From the NCBI RefSeq assembly GCF_000006765.1, contig NC_002516.2: DNA of 64,000 bases; one strand, given 5' to 3'. This DNA comes from Pseudomonas aeruginosa PAO1 (lineage in GTDB: Bacteria > Pseudomonadota > Gammaproteobacteria > Pseudomonadales > Pseudomonadaceae). Under the pieces are notes generated by a model. It had not been told where the DNA came from. It saw only the letters and a list, made by a program, of their open reading frames with translations, and did no database searches. Below, one piece after another: positions 1 through 10,777 of the stretch (position 1 is its first letter; every line of letters starts with the position of its first letter). The position numbers and the translations under genes were made by a program.

Positions 1-1089
1 AATATAACTTGGGCAGAAGCCCCCTCAAGTAAATACCAGGAGTGTCTGGGTCGAATGACCTTCGAGATACCGGAGGAGATGGAGTGGGCAACTTATGATG
101 CCTCACGAGTCTGGCAGATATCCAAAGGGGGGGGGCATAACTTTACCGCCGAGGTGACCGCCGTAGGTGACAACGGCAGCTATGACTACGACAGTATGAT
201 TTTTTACGTTTCCGAAAAGGTTGATAAAAATGAATTCCATAACGCCTCAAACTACATAAAAGGAACAGCAGAAATATACCAAGACCATCTTAGAGAAAAC
301 ATAAAACTAGATAAGAAAGCAATAAGTACGCTCCAAAAAAACAAGAGCGAAGAGAAAAGTATTGAACGGATAAAAAAAGGAATCGCAGAAATGGAGGCCA
401 AGATTCCTCTCGCCAAGATCTACGAACACGATCTCGGCATCCCCGACTCCCATATCCTTGGCAGCAAGAATATCCCCTTCCATGTCCTGCTCTGGCGCAA
501 CCAGCGGGTCTATTACTTCACCTTCTCCAAGCCGACCGAGAACTCCGCCCAGCGCATCAAGGACCTAATCGCCCGTTTCCGCACCCGCGAGCTTTACGAA
601 GTGCCGAACGAACCGGGCATCTGCTTCCCCTACGGCTTTATCGCCGACGACGGCAAGACCGCCTACGAATTGAAGAACAGCCTGCGTTTCACCCGCACGC
701 CCAACGTGATCTTCAGCCTGCTCACCGCCTCGGCCAACGATCCCTGGCAGACCCGTCCCACCAGCGGCCTCTACGACAGCGACTTCCGTCCCGGCTACGA
801 CCGGCAGAAATGGAAAAAAAGCGCGCTGCTCGACAGCCTCCACATCGGCAAGCGCCTGGCCGCCTTCGAAGGCTGGCGCCTCGACCCGCGCCCCGACTCC
901 GGCGAACGGGAACGCGCCTGGTTCGGCCTGGCCCATACAGGCGGCACCCTCGATCCGCTGGTAGCGATCCAGGTGCAGACCTTCCAGAAAGGCACCGACG
1001 ACCTCACCGACTACACCCCGCCCCCCGAAGAAGTACTGCCCCGCCTGAAGGCCCTGAGCCAAAGCATCGAGCAGCGGCTGGCGCGCTGA
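1..1089 (+). CDS. tli5: T6SS phospholipase (Tle5/PldA) cognate immunity protein, Tli4-like family; probably 5'-truncated by the window
   Basis: ORF 55..1089, and the same frame is open back to base 1 (NITWAEAPSSKYQECLGR-MTFEIP). The C-x-G-R motif resembles Tli4-type immunity proteins. Position just upstream of rnfA matches PA3488. Confidence 0.7.
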   Translation, partial: NITWAEAPSSKYQECLGRMTFEIPEEMEWATYDASRVWQISKGGGHNFTAEVTAVGDNGSYDYDSMIFYVSEKVDKNEFHNASNYIKGTAEIYQDHLRENIKLDKKAISTLQKNKSEEKSIERIKKGIAEMEAKIPLAKIYEHDLGIPDSHILGSKNIPFHVLLWRNQRVYYFTFSKPTENSAQRIKDLIARFRTRELYEVPNEPGICFPYGFIADDGKTAYELKNSLRFTRTPNVIFSLLTASANDPWQTRPTSGLYDSDFRPGYDRQKWKKSALLDSLHIGKRLAAFEGWRLDPRPDSGERERAWFGLAHTGGTLDPLVAIQVQTFQKGTDDLTDYTPPPEEVLPRLKALSQSIEQRLAR

Positions 1090-1267
1090 AACCCACATCG
1101 CGGGCACTTGCACGAGCCTCCGCCATGGACCATGGGTCCTGGCGGCGCCTGCGACTGACTGGGTTGCCATGCCAAACTGCGAAGGTACGCTAGCCTTGCA
1201 GGGCAATCCCACCCGATAATAGGGGATTTTCCCCGACGACCCCGGCCCTGCAACGAATGCTTCGCGT

Positions 1268-1852
1268 ATGACTGAACTCGCCCTGATCCTGGTCAGCGCC
1301 ATCCTGGTCAACAACTTTGTCCTGGTGCAGTTCCTCGGCCTGTGCCCGTTCATGGGCGTGTCGCGGAAGATCGAGACGGCCATCGGCCTGTCCCTCGCCA
1401 CCACCTTCGTCCTGACCCTGGCGGCGATGTGCAGCCATATCCTGCAACGCTACGTGCTGCGCCCGCTGGACCTGGAGTACCTGCGCACCATCGGCTTTAT
1501 CCTGGTGATCGCGGTGGTGGTGCAGTTCACCGAGATGCTGGTGAAGAAGACCAGCCCGCTGCTGTACCGGGTGCTCGGCATCTTCCTGCCGCTGATCACC
1601 ACCAATTGCATCGTCCTCGGCGTCGCCCTGCTCAACGCCAACAAGGCTGAATACGGCTTCCTCCAGGCCACTACCCAGGGCTTCGGCGCCGGGCTGGGCT
1701 TTTCCCTGGTACTGGTGCTGTTCGCCGCCCTGCGCGAGCGCATCGCCATCGCCGACGTGCCGGCGCCGTTCCGCGGCGCGGCCATCGGCATGATCACCGC
1801 CGGCCTGATGTCGCTGGCGTTCATGGGCTTCAGCGGGTTGGTCCGGCCATGA
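1268..1852 (+). CDS. rnfA: Rnf/Rsx electron transport complex subunit A
   Basis: Hydrophobic 194 aa with [16 protein letters not shown] and LPLITTNC motifs. Confidence 0.95.
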   Translation: MTELALILVSAILVNNFVLVQFLGLCPFMGVSRKIETAIGLSLATTFVLTLAAMCSHILQRYVLRPLDLEYLRTIGFILVIAVVVQFTEMLVKKTSPLLYRVLGIFLPLITTNCIVLGVALLNANKAEYGFLQATTQGFGAGLGFSLVLVLFAALRERIAIADVPAPFRGAAIGMITAGLMSLAFMGFSGLVRP

Positions 1853-2415
1853 ACGGCGTGTTCCTGGCGATCGGCGCGCTGCTGCCGATCTGCCTGGCCG
1901 GCGGTGCGCTGCTCGGCTATGCGGCGGTGCGCTTCCGCGTCCAGGGCGATCCGGTCGCCGAGCAGGTCAACGCCCTGTTGCCGCAGACCCAGTGCGGCCA
2001 GTGTGGCTACCCCGGCTGCAAGCCCTACGCCGAGGCGATCGCCGCCGGCGACAAGATCAACAAGTGCCCGCCGGGCGGCGAAGCGACCATCCGCGCCCTC
2101 GCCGACCTGCTCGACCTGGAGCCCGAGCCGCTCGACGCCGCCGAGGAAACCCCGCCGCGGGTAGCCTACATCCGCGAGGCCGAATGCATCGGCTGCACCA
2201 AGTGCATCCAGGCCTGCCCGGTGGACGCCATCGTCGGCGCCGCACGGTTGATGCACACGGTGATCGCCGACGAATGCACCGGTTGCGACCTGTGCCTGGA
2301 GCCCTGTCCGGTGGACTGCATCGAGATGCGCGAGATACCGGACGACGTGCGCCACTGGAAGTGGCCGCAGCCGTCGCCGCGACTGATCGCCAGCGACCGG
2401 GAGCGAGCGGCATGA
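1849..2415 (+). CDS. rnfB: Rnf/Rsx subunit B (ferredoxin-like)
   Basis: [14 protein letters not shown] motif and two CxxCxxCxxxCP 4Fe-4S motifs. Confidence 0.95.
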   Translation: MNGVFLAIGALLPICLAGGALLGYAAVRFRVQGDPVAEQVNALLPQTQCGQCGYPGCKPYAEAIAAGDKINKCPPGGEATIRALADLLDLEPEPLDAAEETPPRVAYIREAECIGCTKCIQACPVDAIVGAARLMHTVIADECTGCDLCLEPCPVDCIEMREIPDDVRHWKWPQPSPRLIASDRERAA

Positions 2416-4736
2416 GCGCCCTGCACGCCTTCCCCGGCGGCCTCTGCCTGCCGGCCAACAAGGAGCGCTCCACCGCCCTGCCGATCCAGCAGGCGCCGCT
2501 GGCGCAGCGCTACATCGTGCCGCTCGGCCAGCACATCGGCGCGCCGGCGCGGCCTTGCGTGGAAGTCGGCCAGGCCGTACTCAAGGGCCAGACCATCGCC
2601 CTCCCGGACGGCACCGTCAGCGCCGCGCTGCATGCCCCGACCTCGGGTACCGTGGTGGCGATCGGCGCACACCCCTATCCGCATGCCTCCGGTCTTCCCG
2701 CGCCGGCCATCGTCATCGCCAGCGACGGCCTGGAGCGCTGGACCGAGCTGCATCCCTGCCCGGACTTCCGCGCCGAAAGTCCGCTGGCGTTGCTCGAACG
2801 CATCCGCGCGGCCGGCATCGGCGGTCTCGGCGGCGCCGGCTTCCCCACCGCGGCCAAGCTCGCCGCGCGCCCGGCGGAAAAGATCCATACGCTGGTGGTG
2901 AACGGCGCCGAATGCGAGCCCTACATCAGCGCCGACGACCTGCTCATGCGCGAGCGCGCCACGCAGGTGCTGGGCGGCATCGATATCCTGGTGCAGATCC
3001 TGTGCCCCGAAGAGGTGCTGGTCGGCATCGAGGACGACAAACCGGAAGCCATCGCCGCCCTCGGCGCCGCCCTCGGTGAACGGCCCTATCGCATCGTCGC
3101 CCTGCCGACCCGCTATCCCTCGGGCGGCGAGCGCCAGCTGATCCAGTTGCTCACCGGCAGGGAAGTCCCGGCGGACGGCCTGCCGGCGGACATCGGCATC
3201 CTGTGCCAGAACGTCGGCACCCTGGCCGCCGTGCACGATGCCGTCGTCCTCGGTCGGCCGCTGATCTCGCGGATCACTACCCTCGCCGGCGGCGCCCTGG
3301 AGCGGCCGATGAACGTCGAGGCGCTGATCGGTACGCCGGTACACGAGTTGCTGGCGTTCGCCGGCCTCGCCGAGGGACGCCTGGAACGCGTGCTGATGGG
3401 CGGGCCGATGATGGGCTTCGCCCTGCCCGATCTCTCGGTGCCGCTGATCAAGACCTGCAACTGCCTGCTCGCCGGCGATGCCACGGAGCTGCCGGAACCA
3501 GTGCCGGCCATGCCCTGTATCCGCTGCGGCGACTGCGCCCAGGTCTGCCCCGTCAGCCTGCTGCCACAACAACTGCATTTCTTCGCCCTGGGCGACGAGC
3601 ACGAGCAATTGCTCGCCCACAACCTGTTCGATTGCATCGAATGCGGCGCCTGCGCCTACGTCTGCCCGTCGAGCATTCCCCTGGTGCAGTACTACCGCGC
3701 GTCCAAGGCGGAGATCCGCGAGCAGCGGCAGAAGTTGCTGAAGGCCGAACAATCCCGTGAGCGTTTCGAGCAACGCCAGGCTCGCCTGCGCCGCGACGAG
3801 GAGCGCCGGGCCGCAGAACGCGCCCAACGCGCGGAGAAGGCTGCGCTGGCGCGCGCCGCCCAGGCCGAGCGCGAGGAAGCCGCCCCCGCCACGGCGGTCG
3901 ACCCGGTGCAGGCGGCGATCGAGCGGGCCAGGGCGCGCAAGCAGGCCGGTAGCGGCAGCGAACGGCTGAAACGGCTGAAGATCGAAGCGAGCATGGCGCG
4001 GGTGGCCCTGAAGAAGGCCGAGAAACAGTTGCTCAGCCACGACACCCCGGAACAGCATGGCCTGGTCGCGGAACTGCGCGCCGCCGCCGAGGCCGCCGAC
4101 AAGGCCCTGGCCGATGCCGAAGCCAGCCTGCCGCGCGACCTACCCAGCGCACCGCCTGCCGCGCTCGACGACGAAGCCGAACTGAAGAAGGCCAAGGCCC
4201 AGGCCGCCATGGCCCGCGCCCAGCTCAAGCGCTCGGAAAAGGCCTTCGGCGAAGCGCCCGGCGCCGAGCAGCGGGCGACCCTCGACGAACTGCGCGCCGA
4301 GGTCGAGCGTTGCGAAGCCACCCTGGCCCGCCTCGAGCGTCACGCGCCGAAGCCCGCGGCGCCCGGCGACGACGGCCAGGCGGCGCTGAAGCGGGCGAAG
4401 ATCGCTCTGGTCGGCAAGCGCGCGGCCTTGAAGAAGGCCGAGCAGGCCGGGGTGATGGACAGCGAGCTGGAACGCCTGCGCGGCGAGCTGCAAGCCGCCG
4501 AGCGCGACCTGCATGCCGCCGAGGACGCCTGCGGCAAGCCGGCGCCGGAGCTGGTGCGGATCGACAAGCGCCCGGTCGACCCGCGCATCCGCGAGCTGAA
4601 GACCGAGCTGGCCTACGCCCGCGCCGCCCTGAAGAAGCTCGAACGCCTGGCGAACGCCGACGCCGCCGCACTCGCCGCCGCCCGCGCGCGCCTGAGCGCC
4701 GCCGAGCGCGCCCTGACCGAACACGGCACGGAGTGA
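2412..4736 (+). CDS. rnfC: Rnf/Rsx subunit C with a long Ala-rich C-terminal repeat region (774 aa)
   Basis: ATG at 2412 overlaps the rnfB stop (ATGA). Motifs [33 protein letters not shown] and CIECGAC. Confidence 0.95.
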   Translation: MSALHAFPGGLCLPANKERSTALPIQQAPLAQRYIVPLGQHIGAPARPCVEVGQAVLKGQTIALPDGTVSAALHAPTSGTVVAIGAHPYPHASGLPAPAIVIASDGLERWTELHPCPDFRAESPLALLERIRAAGIGGLGGAGFPTAAKLAARPAEKIHTLVVNGAECEPYISADDLLMRERATQVLGGIDILVQILCPEEVLVGIEDDKPEAIAALGAALGERPYRIVALPTRYPSGGERQLIQLLTGREVPADGLPADIGILCQNVGTLAAVHDAVVLGRPLISRITTLAGGALERPMNVEALIGTPVHELLAFAGLAEGRLERVLMGGPMMGFALPDLSVPLIKTCNCLLAGDATELPEPVPAMPCIRCGDCAQVCPVSLLPQQLHFFALGDEHEQLLAHNLFDCIECGACAYVCPSSIPLVQYYRASKAEIREQRQKLLKAEQSRERFEQRQARLRRDEERRAAERAQRAEKAALARAAQAEREEAAPATAVDPVQAAIERARARKQAGSGSERLKRLKIEASMARVALKKAEKQLLSHDTPEQHGLVAELRAAAEAADKALADAEASLPRDLPSAPPAALDDEAELKKAKAQAAMARAQLKRSEKAFGEAPGAEQRATLDELRAEVERCEATLARLERHAPKPAAPGDDGQAALKRAKIALVGKRAALKKAEQAGVMDSELERLRGELQAAERDLHAAEDACGKPAPELVRIDKRPVDPRIRELKTELAYARAALKKLERLANADAAALAAARARLSAAERALTEHGTE

Positions 4737-4738
4737 CC

Positions 4739-5773
4739 ATGGCCCTGCCCCGCCCCACCTCGCCCCACGCCCGCGGCTCCAACCGTACCCCGGCGATCAT
4801 GCGCCTGGTGCTCGGCGCCTGCGTCCCCGGCCTGCTGACGCTGACCTGGCTGTACGGCCCGGGCACCCTGCTCAACCTGGCCTGGGCCAGCCTCGTCGCG
4901 CTGGCCTGCGAAGCCGCCATGCTGGCCCTGCGCAAACGTCCGCCGGGGGTGTTCCTCAAGGACGGCAGCGCGCTGGTCACCGCCCTGTTGCTGGCCGTCG
5001 CCCTGCCGCCCTACGCCCCCTGGTGGCTGACCCTGGTGGCGACCTTCTTCGCCCTGGTATTCGGCAAGCACCTGTACGGCGGCCTCGGACAGAACCCGTT
5101 CAACCCGGCGATGCTCGGCTACGTCGTGGCGCTGGTCTCGTTTCCCCTGGAAATGACCCGCTGGCCCTCGCCGGACAGCGCCCTCGGCCTGCCCGACAGC
5201 CTCCGCGAATTCCTCGGCCTCGCTACCCGGCCGGACGCCTGGGCCCACGCCACCGCCCTCGACGTGCTGAAGACCGACCGCAGCCTGACCGTCGATGAGC
5301 TGTTCGCCGGCAACCCGGCCTTCGGCCACCTCGGTAGCGCCGGCAGCGAGTGGGTCAACCTGGCGTTCCTCCTCGGCGGCCTGTTCCTGCTCTGGCGCCG
5401 GCTGTTCACCTGGCACGCGCCGCTGGGCATGCTCGCCGGCCTGTTCGCCATGAGCCTGCTGTTCTGGAATGGTTCCGGCTCCGATTCCCATGGCTCGCCA
5501 CTGTTCCATCTGTTCAGCGGGGCGACCATGCTCGGCGCCTTCTTCATCGTCACCGACCCGGTGTCCGGCGCCACCAGCAATCGCGGGCGGCTGGTCTTCG
5601 GCCTCGGCGTCGGCGTCCTCACCTACGTCATCCGCGCCTGGGGCGGCTATCCCGATGGCGTGGCGTTCGCCGTGCTGCTGATGAACCTGGCGGCGCCGAC
5701 CATCGACTACTACACCCGGCCGCGCACCTACGGCCATCGCAAGGCCGAGCGCGGCTTCAAGGCAGGCGACTGA
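4739..5773 (+). CDS. rnfD: Rnf/Rsx subunit D
   Basis: ATG at 4739. Motifs [20 protein letters not shown] (FMN-Thr site) and FIVTDP. Confidence 0.95.
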
Positions 5774-6417
5774 TGGACGCCGCGACTCGCCGCTCGATGC
5801 TGCGCAACGCCCTCCTGCTCGGGCTCTTCGCTCTGGTCGGGGTGGGCCTGGTGGCCCTGGTGCAGCAATTCACAGAGGCGCGCATCGCCGAAGCCCAGCG
5901 CGAGGCGCGCGGCCGCGCCCTGCTGGAACTGCTGCCGCCGGGCAGCTACGACAACCATCCGCTGGACAGCCAGGTGCCAACCTTCGCGCCGAAGCTGCTC
6001 GGCCTGGATGCGCCGCGTCCGGCCTATGTCGCCCGCCTGCACGGCCAGGCCAGCGCAGTCATCCTCCAGGCCAGCGCGCCGGATGGCTACAGCGGCGCCA
6101 TCCAGCTACTGGTCGGGGTCACCGCCCAGGGCCGGCTGCTCGGCGTGCGGGTCGTCGCGCACAAGGAAACCCCCGGCCTCGGCGACCGCATCGAACTGGC
6201 CAAGAGTCCCTGGGTGCACGGTTTCGACGGCAAGAGCCTGGGCGATCCGGCGGACGCCGGCTGGGCGGTGAAGAAGGACGGCGGTACGTTCGACCAGTTC
6301 GCCGGCGCCACCGTCACCCCGCGCGCCGTGGTCCGCGCCGTGCACAAGGCGCTGCGCTACTTCGACGCCAACCGCGAACGCCTGCTCGCCCCCGAAGAGG
6401 CTGCCGGACATGAGTGA
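5773..6417 (+). CDS. rnfG: Rnf/Rsx subunit G
   Basis: TGATG overlap at 5771-5775. Motifs [14 protein letters not shown] and FAGATVT (FMN-binding). Confidence 0.95.
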
Positions 6418-7132
6418 ACAAGATTTCCGCGAGATCGCCCGCAACGGCCTGTGGCGCAACAACCCGGGCCTGGTCCAGTTGCTCGGCCTGTGCCCGCTGC
6501 TGGGCACCAGCAACTCGACGGTCAACGCCCTCGGCCTGGGCCTGGCCACCATGCTCGTGCTGGCCTGCTCCAATGCCGCGGTATCGTTGGTGCGCGGCGC
6601 GGTGAGCGAGGCGATCCGGCTACCGGCGTTCGTCATGATCATCGCCGTGCTGACCACCTGCATCGAACTGCTGATGCAGGCCTGGACCTACGAGCTGTAC
6701 CAGGTCCTCGGCATCTTCATCCCGCTGATCACCACCAACTGCGTGATCCTCGGTCGCGCCGAGGCCTTCGCGGCGAAGAACGGCGTGCTGCGCGCCAGCT
6801 TCGACGGACTGCTGATGGGCCTCGGCTTCGCCCTGGTCCTGCTGGTCCTCGGCGGCCTGCGCGAGCTGCTCGGCCAGGGTACCCTGCTGGCCGACATGCA
6901 CTTGCTGTTCGGCCCGGCGGCGGCGGACTGGAAGATCCAGCCGTTCCCGCAGTACCAGGGCTTCCTGCTGGCGATCCTGCCGCCGGGCGCGTTCATCATG
7001 CTCGGCCTGCTGATCGCCCTGAAGAACCGTATCGATGAAAGCCTGGCGGAACGCGCCAAGGTGCAGGCGGGCGACGTACCCGCCACCCAGCGCCAGCGCC
7101 AGCGCGTCCGCGTCACCGGAGTGATTGAATGA
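6410..7132 (+). CDS. rnfE: Rnf/Rsx subunit E
   Basis: Motifs [22 protein letters not shown] and ILPPGAF. Confidence 0.95.
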
Positions 7133-7767
7133 ATGCCGCCAAGCGCGCGGAGATCTTCCGCCGACTGCACGAAGACAACCCCGAGCCAAGGACCGAACTG
7201 GCCTACACCACCCCCTTCGAACTGCTCATCGCGGTGATCCTCTCCGCCCAGGCCACCGACGTCGGGGTGAACAAGGCTACCGCCCGCCTCTATCCGGTGG
7301 CCAACACCCCCGAGGCGATCCACGCCCTCGGCGTCGAGGGGCTGTCGGAGTACATCAAGACCATCGGCCTCTACAACAGCAAGGCGAAGAACGTCATCGA
7401 AACCTGCCGCATCCTCATCGAAAAGCACGGCGGCCAGGTCCCCGACAACCGCGAGGACCTCGAAGCCCTGCCCGGGGTTGGCCGCAAGACCGCCAACGTG
7501 GTGCTCAACACCGCCTTCCGGCAACTGGCCATGGCGGTGGACACGCATATCTTCCGCGTCGCCAACCGCACCGGCATAGCACCGGGAAAGAACGTTCTGG
7601 AAGTGGAGAAGAAACTGCTGAAGTTCGTGCCGCGCGAGTACCTGCTCGATGCCCACCACTGGCTGATCCTGCATGGCCGCTACGTCTGCAAGGCGCGCAA
7701 GCCGCAATGCGGAAGCTGCCGGATCGAGGACCTGTGCGAATACAAGCACAAGACTTCAGACGATTGA
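7129..7767 (+). CDS. nth: Endonuclease III
   Basis: HhH motif [16 protein letters not shown], and C-terminal [11 protein letters not shown]...C Fe-S cluster motif. Confidence 0.97.
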   Translation: MNAAKRAEIFRRLHEDNPEPRTELAYTTPFELLIAVILSAQATDVGVNKATARLYPVANTPEAIHALGVEGLSEYIKTIGLYNSKAKNVIETCRILIEKHGGQVPDNREDLEALPGVGRKTANVVLNTAFRQLAMAVDTHIFRVANRTGIAPGKNVLEVEKKLLKFVPREYLLDAHHWLILHGRYVCKARKPQCGSCRIEDLCEYKHKTSDD

Positions 7768-7875
7768 TCAACTATTCGAAATCCTATCTTTACGATTGAA
7801 AAAATCTTTTTTACCAGCCACGGCTTTGTCGCTATAAGGTGCGCCATTACCACCCCATAAGTTGGAGTGAATGTC

Positions 7876-8055
7876 ATGGCAAAAGCCAAAGAAGAACTCG
7901 AGATCGACGACGAAGCCGGCGTTGAAGAGGATGACGGCGAGGAAACCAGCGTCGAGGTGGCCAAGACCAACCTGACCAAGCGTCGCATCATCGACAACCT
8001 GCTGGAAGAACGCCGCCTGCAGCGCCAGTTGTCGGACTACGACTTCGACCTGTGA
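7876..8055 (+). CDS. Small acidic conserved protein (PA3496 family), 59 aa
   Basis: GGAG SD at 7864-7867 with ATG at 7876. Typical P. aeruginosa codon usage, followed by a terminator. Confidence 0.8.
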   Translation: MAKAKEELEIDDEAGVEEDDGEETSVEVAKTNLTKRRIIDNLLEERRLQRQLSDYDFDL

Positions 8056-8078
8056 GCAGCGCCGTCCACACCGCAAGC

Positions 8079-8110
8079 AAGCCCCGCAATTGGCGGGGCT
8101 TCGTTTTTTC
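8079..8110 (+). terminator. Intrinsic terminator
   Basis: AAGCCCCGC-aattg-GCGGGGCTT followed by cgTTTTTT. Confidence 0.85.
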
Positions 8111-8116
8111 CGCCGT

Positions 8117-9337
8117 TCAGAAGTAGTAGCCGATGTTCAGGTTGGTGCGGAATATCCACTCGTTGCTGCGCGACGAACTGGTGCTGCTGAAGCCCGTGCC
8201 GCTCTCGGCACCGCCGTAGGGATTGGCGTTGCGTCCCCAGGTGAAGTCCAGCCAGCCCATGATCGGCAAGGCGAAGAACTGCACCCCTGCGGTATACATC
8301 TGCGAGTCGTCCCAGCCGGCCTTGTCCTTGAACATGCGGCTGTAGTCGTTGTAGAAGCGCAGCTTCTTCAGCATGCCCAGGTTCGGCGTCGGCACGTCGT
8401 AGGCGACGTTGAAGGACGCCACCGAGGCCCTGGCGGCCATCAGGTAGGCCGGGGTCAGGCCGTTGGTACCCATGAGTACCACGTCGTCGCTGACGCCCGC
8501 CGGGTTCTTCGGATCGAAAGCGTAGCGAATGGCTTCGCCGCTGAACGTCCAGTTGCCGGCGTTGAGCACGCCATGCAACCCCGCCGCCCAGTAGCGGCCA
8601 TCGTCCCTGGTGGTCGCGTTGTACAGGCGCGAGGCCGCCAGCGACGCGCCCAACTCGCTTTTCCAGCCATCTCCGGCGAGATTACGGGCGACCCGCAGGT
8701 TGAGCTGGTCACGTTTCTCGTTGTCCTGCCGCGAATGAATCGCCGCGACCGCGTTGTCGTCCAGGTCGGCATAACGGCCGACTTCCGGCGAATAGCGCAC
8801 ACCGCCCGGCAGCATCCGTGGGAAATAGCCGGCCTGGACATGCCAGTCGGCGTCCTTGTAGACGTACTTGGCGCCGCTGCCGGCGCTGACCCCGTAGCCC
8901 AGGAAGAACGGGATGTGGTAGCTCCAGCCGAACTGCGGATAGGGCTCCAGGCCGAACGGCTTGAACGGCGCGCCCAATTGCAGGCTGGATAGGTCGCTGA
9001 AGCGATAGCCGACGAAGCCGCGGTCGATGGCCCGCTTGCCGTCGTCCTGGAACCAGTAGCCGAGGTCGGAAAAGAAGTCCTCGTGGGTTGCCTGGATATC
9101 CAGGCGGAAGGTATCGAACAGCAGGCGGCCATTGTTTTCCGTGCTCTTCCAGTGTTCGTCGCGGTAGTTCACCCGCAGCGCGCCGCCGATATCCAGGCTG
9201 CTGCGCCCGTCGTCGCTGCGCAGGCCGACATGCGGGAAAGGCTTGCCGGTCTTCGACGCCTCGGACGGCGGCGAAGCGGCCAGGGCCGAAAGACTGGAAA
9301 GAAGAAGTACGGGGAACAGCGGATGGGTTTTCATCAT
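8117..9337 (-). CDS. Putative outer-membrane beta-barrel channel (porin)
   Basis: Signal peptide (LFPVLLLSSLSALA-AS), amphipathic beta-strands and C-terminal beta-signal NLNIGYYF. Confidence 0.75.
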   Translation of the reverse strand: MMKTHPLFPVLLLSSLSALAASPPSEASKTGKPFPHVGLRSDDGRSSLDIGGALRVNYRDEHWKSTENNGRLLFDTFRLDIQATHEDFFSDLGYWFQDDGKRAIDRGFVGYRFSDLSSLQLGAPFKPFGLEPYPQFGWSYHIPFFLGYGVSAGSGAKYVYKDADWHVQAGYFPRMLPGGVRYSPEVGRYADLDDNAVAAIHSRQDNEKRDQLNLRVARNLAGDGWKSELGASLAASRLYNATTRDDGRYWAAGLHGVLNAGNWTFSGEAIRYAFDPKNPAGVSDDVVLMGTNGLTPAYLMAARASVASFNVAYDVPTPNLGMLKKLRFYNDYSRMFKDKAGWDDSQMYTAGVQFFALPIMGWLDFTWGRNANPYGGAESGTGFSSTSSSRSNEWIFRTNLNIGYYF

Positions 9338-9532
9338 GACCTCGTCTGCGAGTGCGCCAGGGCAGCGTTTTTTCGAGCAAGCCGAACCCCTTCGGCGAAC
9401 TTCGCCGACAGCGCGGGTGGCCTTGGATAGTTGGTTTCCGGTTGCTCTTGTTTTTTATTTTTCCCGGCCGGCGGAACGGCCTCGGTTGTGTTATCGCTCC
9501 GCACTTCGTTTCATATGCGGCACAACGTTTCG

Positions 9533-9548
9533 AGCATTAACCATGCCA
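9533..9548 (-). promoter_or_regulatory. Putative sigma54 promoter for the porin gene
   Basis: Minus strand reads TGGCATGGTTAATGCT, with GG and GC at the invariant -24/-12 spacing. Confidence 0.6.
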
Positions 9549-9750
9549 GTGCAAGAACAATCCACTAAAACAAAAAAATCCTTTAAATACAGTTGTTTAT
9601 ATATTAAACACGCAACTTCTTTTCACCCTCGAAACAGGCTCTTGGCAAGGTAACGAAAACGCCCGAAGCGGGTGCGTAGAAAGATCACGGTGACACTTTT
9701 CGTCCCCCCCGGAACGCTATTCCAGCCTTGGCCGGGCTCGATCCCCAGGC

Positions 9751-9778
9751 AAAAAAAACCGGCGTTACAAACGCCGGT
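9751..9778 (-). terminator. Intrinsic terminator ending the 17-gene catabolic operon
   Basis: ACCGGCGTT-3 nt loop-AACGCCGGT with an 8-nt U tract on the minus strand. Confidence 0.85.
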
Positions 9779-9806
9779 CCAAAGGCAATGCGGGAATAAC
9801 CGGGGA

Positions 9807-10763
9807 TCAGAGGTCGAGCACCAGGCGCGATCCCTTGCAGCCGGACACGCAGACCATCATGGTCTGGTTGGCGATCTTTTCCGCCTTGGTCAGGACGCCG
9901 TCGCGATGCTCCGGCTCGCCTTCCAGCACACGGGTCTCGCAGGAACCGCAAACGCCCTCGCGGCAACTGCAATCGACCGCCACGCCAGCTTCCAGCAGGG
10001 CGTCGAGCAACGACTTGCCGCTCGGCACCTCGATGCTCGTGCCGCTGCGCGCCAGGCGCACTTCGTAGCTGCCCTGGGGCGCCGCCGGGGCCTGGGGCGC
10101 GGCGGCGAAGCGCTCGATGTGCACATGCGGATGGCCGAGGCGTTCGCAGTGCGTCTCGAAGGCATCGATCATCGGGGTCGGCCCGCAACAGTAGAAATGC
10201 GCGGTGGACGCCCGTGCGCCAAGGAAGGCGCCGAGATCCATGGGGCCGCCCTTCTCGTCATCGAAATGCAGCTGGATAGCGGCATCGCTGGCGGCCAGTT
10301 CTTCGACGAAGGCGGCTTCCTGGCGCGAGCGCGCGCAGTAGAGCAGTTCCACCGAACGTCCCAGCGCACGCAGGCGGTTGAACATGCAGTAGATCGGCGT
10401 CACGCCGATGCCACCGGCCACCAGTACGCTGTGCGCAGCGTTTTCCTCCAGCGGGAACAGGTTGCGCGGCCGGGATATCTGCAATTGCATGCCGACCCGC
10501 AGGCTATCGTGGACGAACGCGGAGCCGCCGCGGCTGCCGCGATCACGCAGGATGCCGAGCACATAGCGGCCGCAGTCCTCCGGCGAGTTGAGCAGCGAGT
10601 AGCTGCGCACCAGGCCGTTGGGCAGGTGCAGGTCGATATGCGCGCCAGCGCTGAATGGCGGAAAGACCTGGTCGCCCTGCGGGCGCAGTTCGACGCCGAG
10701 GATACCCTGCGCCTCGAAGCGCAGGGTATGGACGAAGGCCGCCAGTCTGTTGTCGTGAGTCAT
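9807..10763 (-). CDS. PDR/VanB-family oxygenase reductase (FMN, NAD(P)H, 2Fe-2S)
   Basis: Motifs RSYSL, GGIGVTP, YCCGPTPM and C-terminal CSCREGVCGSC...C. Confidence 0.92.
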   Translation of the reverse strand: MTHDNRLAAFVHTLRFEAQGILGVELRPQGDQVFPPFSAGAHIDLHLPNGLVRSYSLLNSPEDCGRYVLGILRDRGSRGGSAFVHDSLRVGMQLQISRPRNLFPLEENAAHSVLVAGGIGVTPIYCMFNRLRALGRSVELLYCARSRQEAAFVEELAASDAAIQLHFDDEKGGPMDLGAFLGARASTAHFYCCGPTPMIDAFETHCERLGHPHVHIERFAAAPQAPAAPQGSYEVRLARSGTSIEVPSGKSLLDALLEAGVAVDCSCREGVCGSCETRVLEGEPEHRDGVLTKAEKIANQTMMVCVSGCKGSRLVLDL

Positions 10764-10777
10764 CTTCTACCTCGCTT

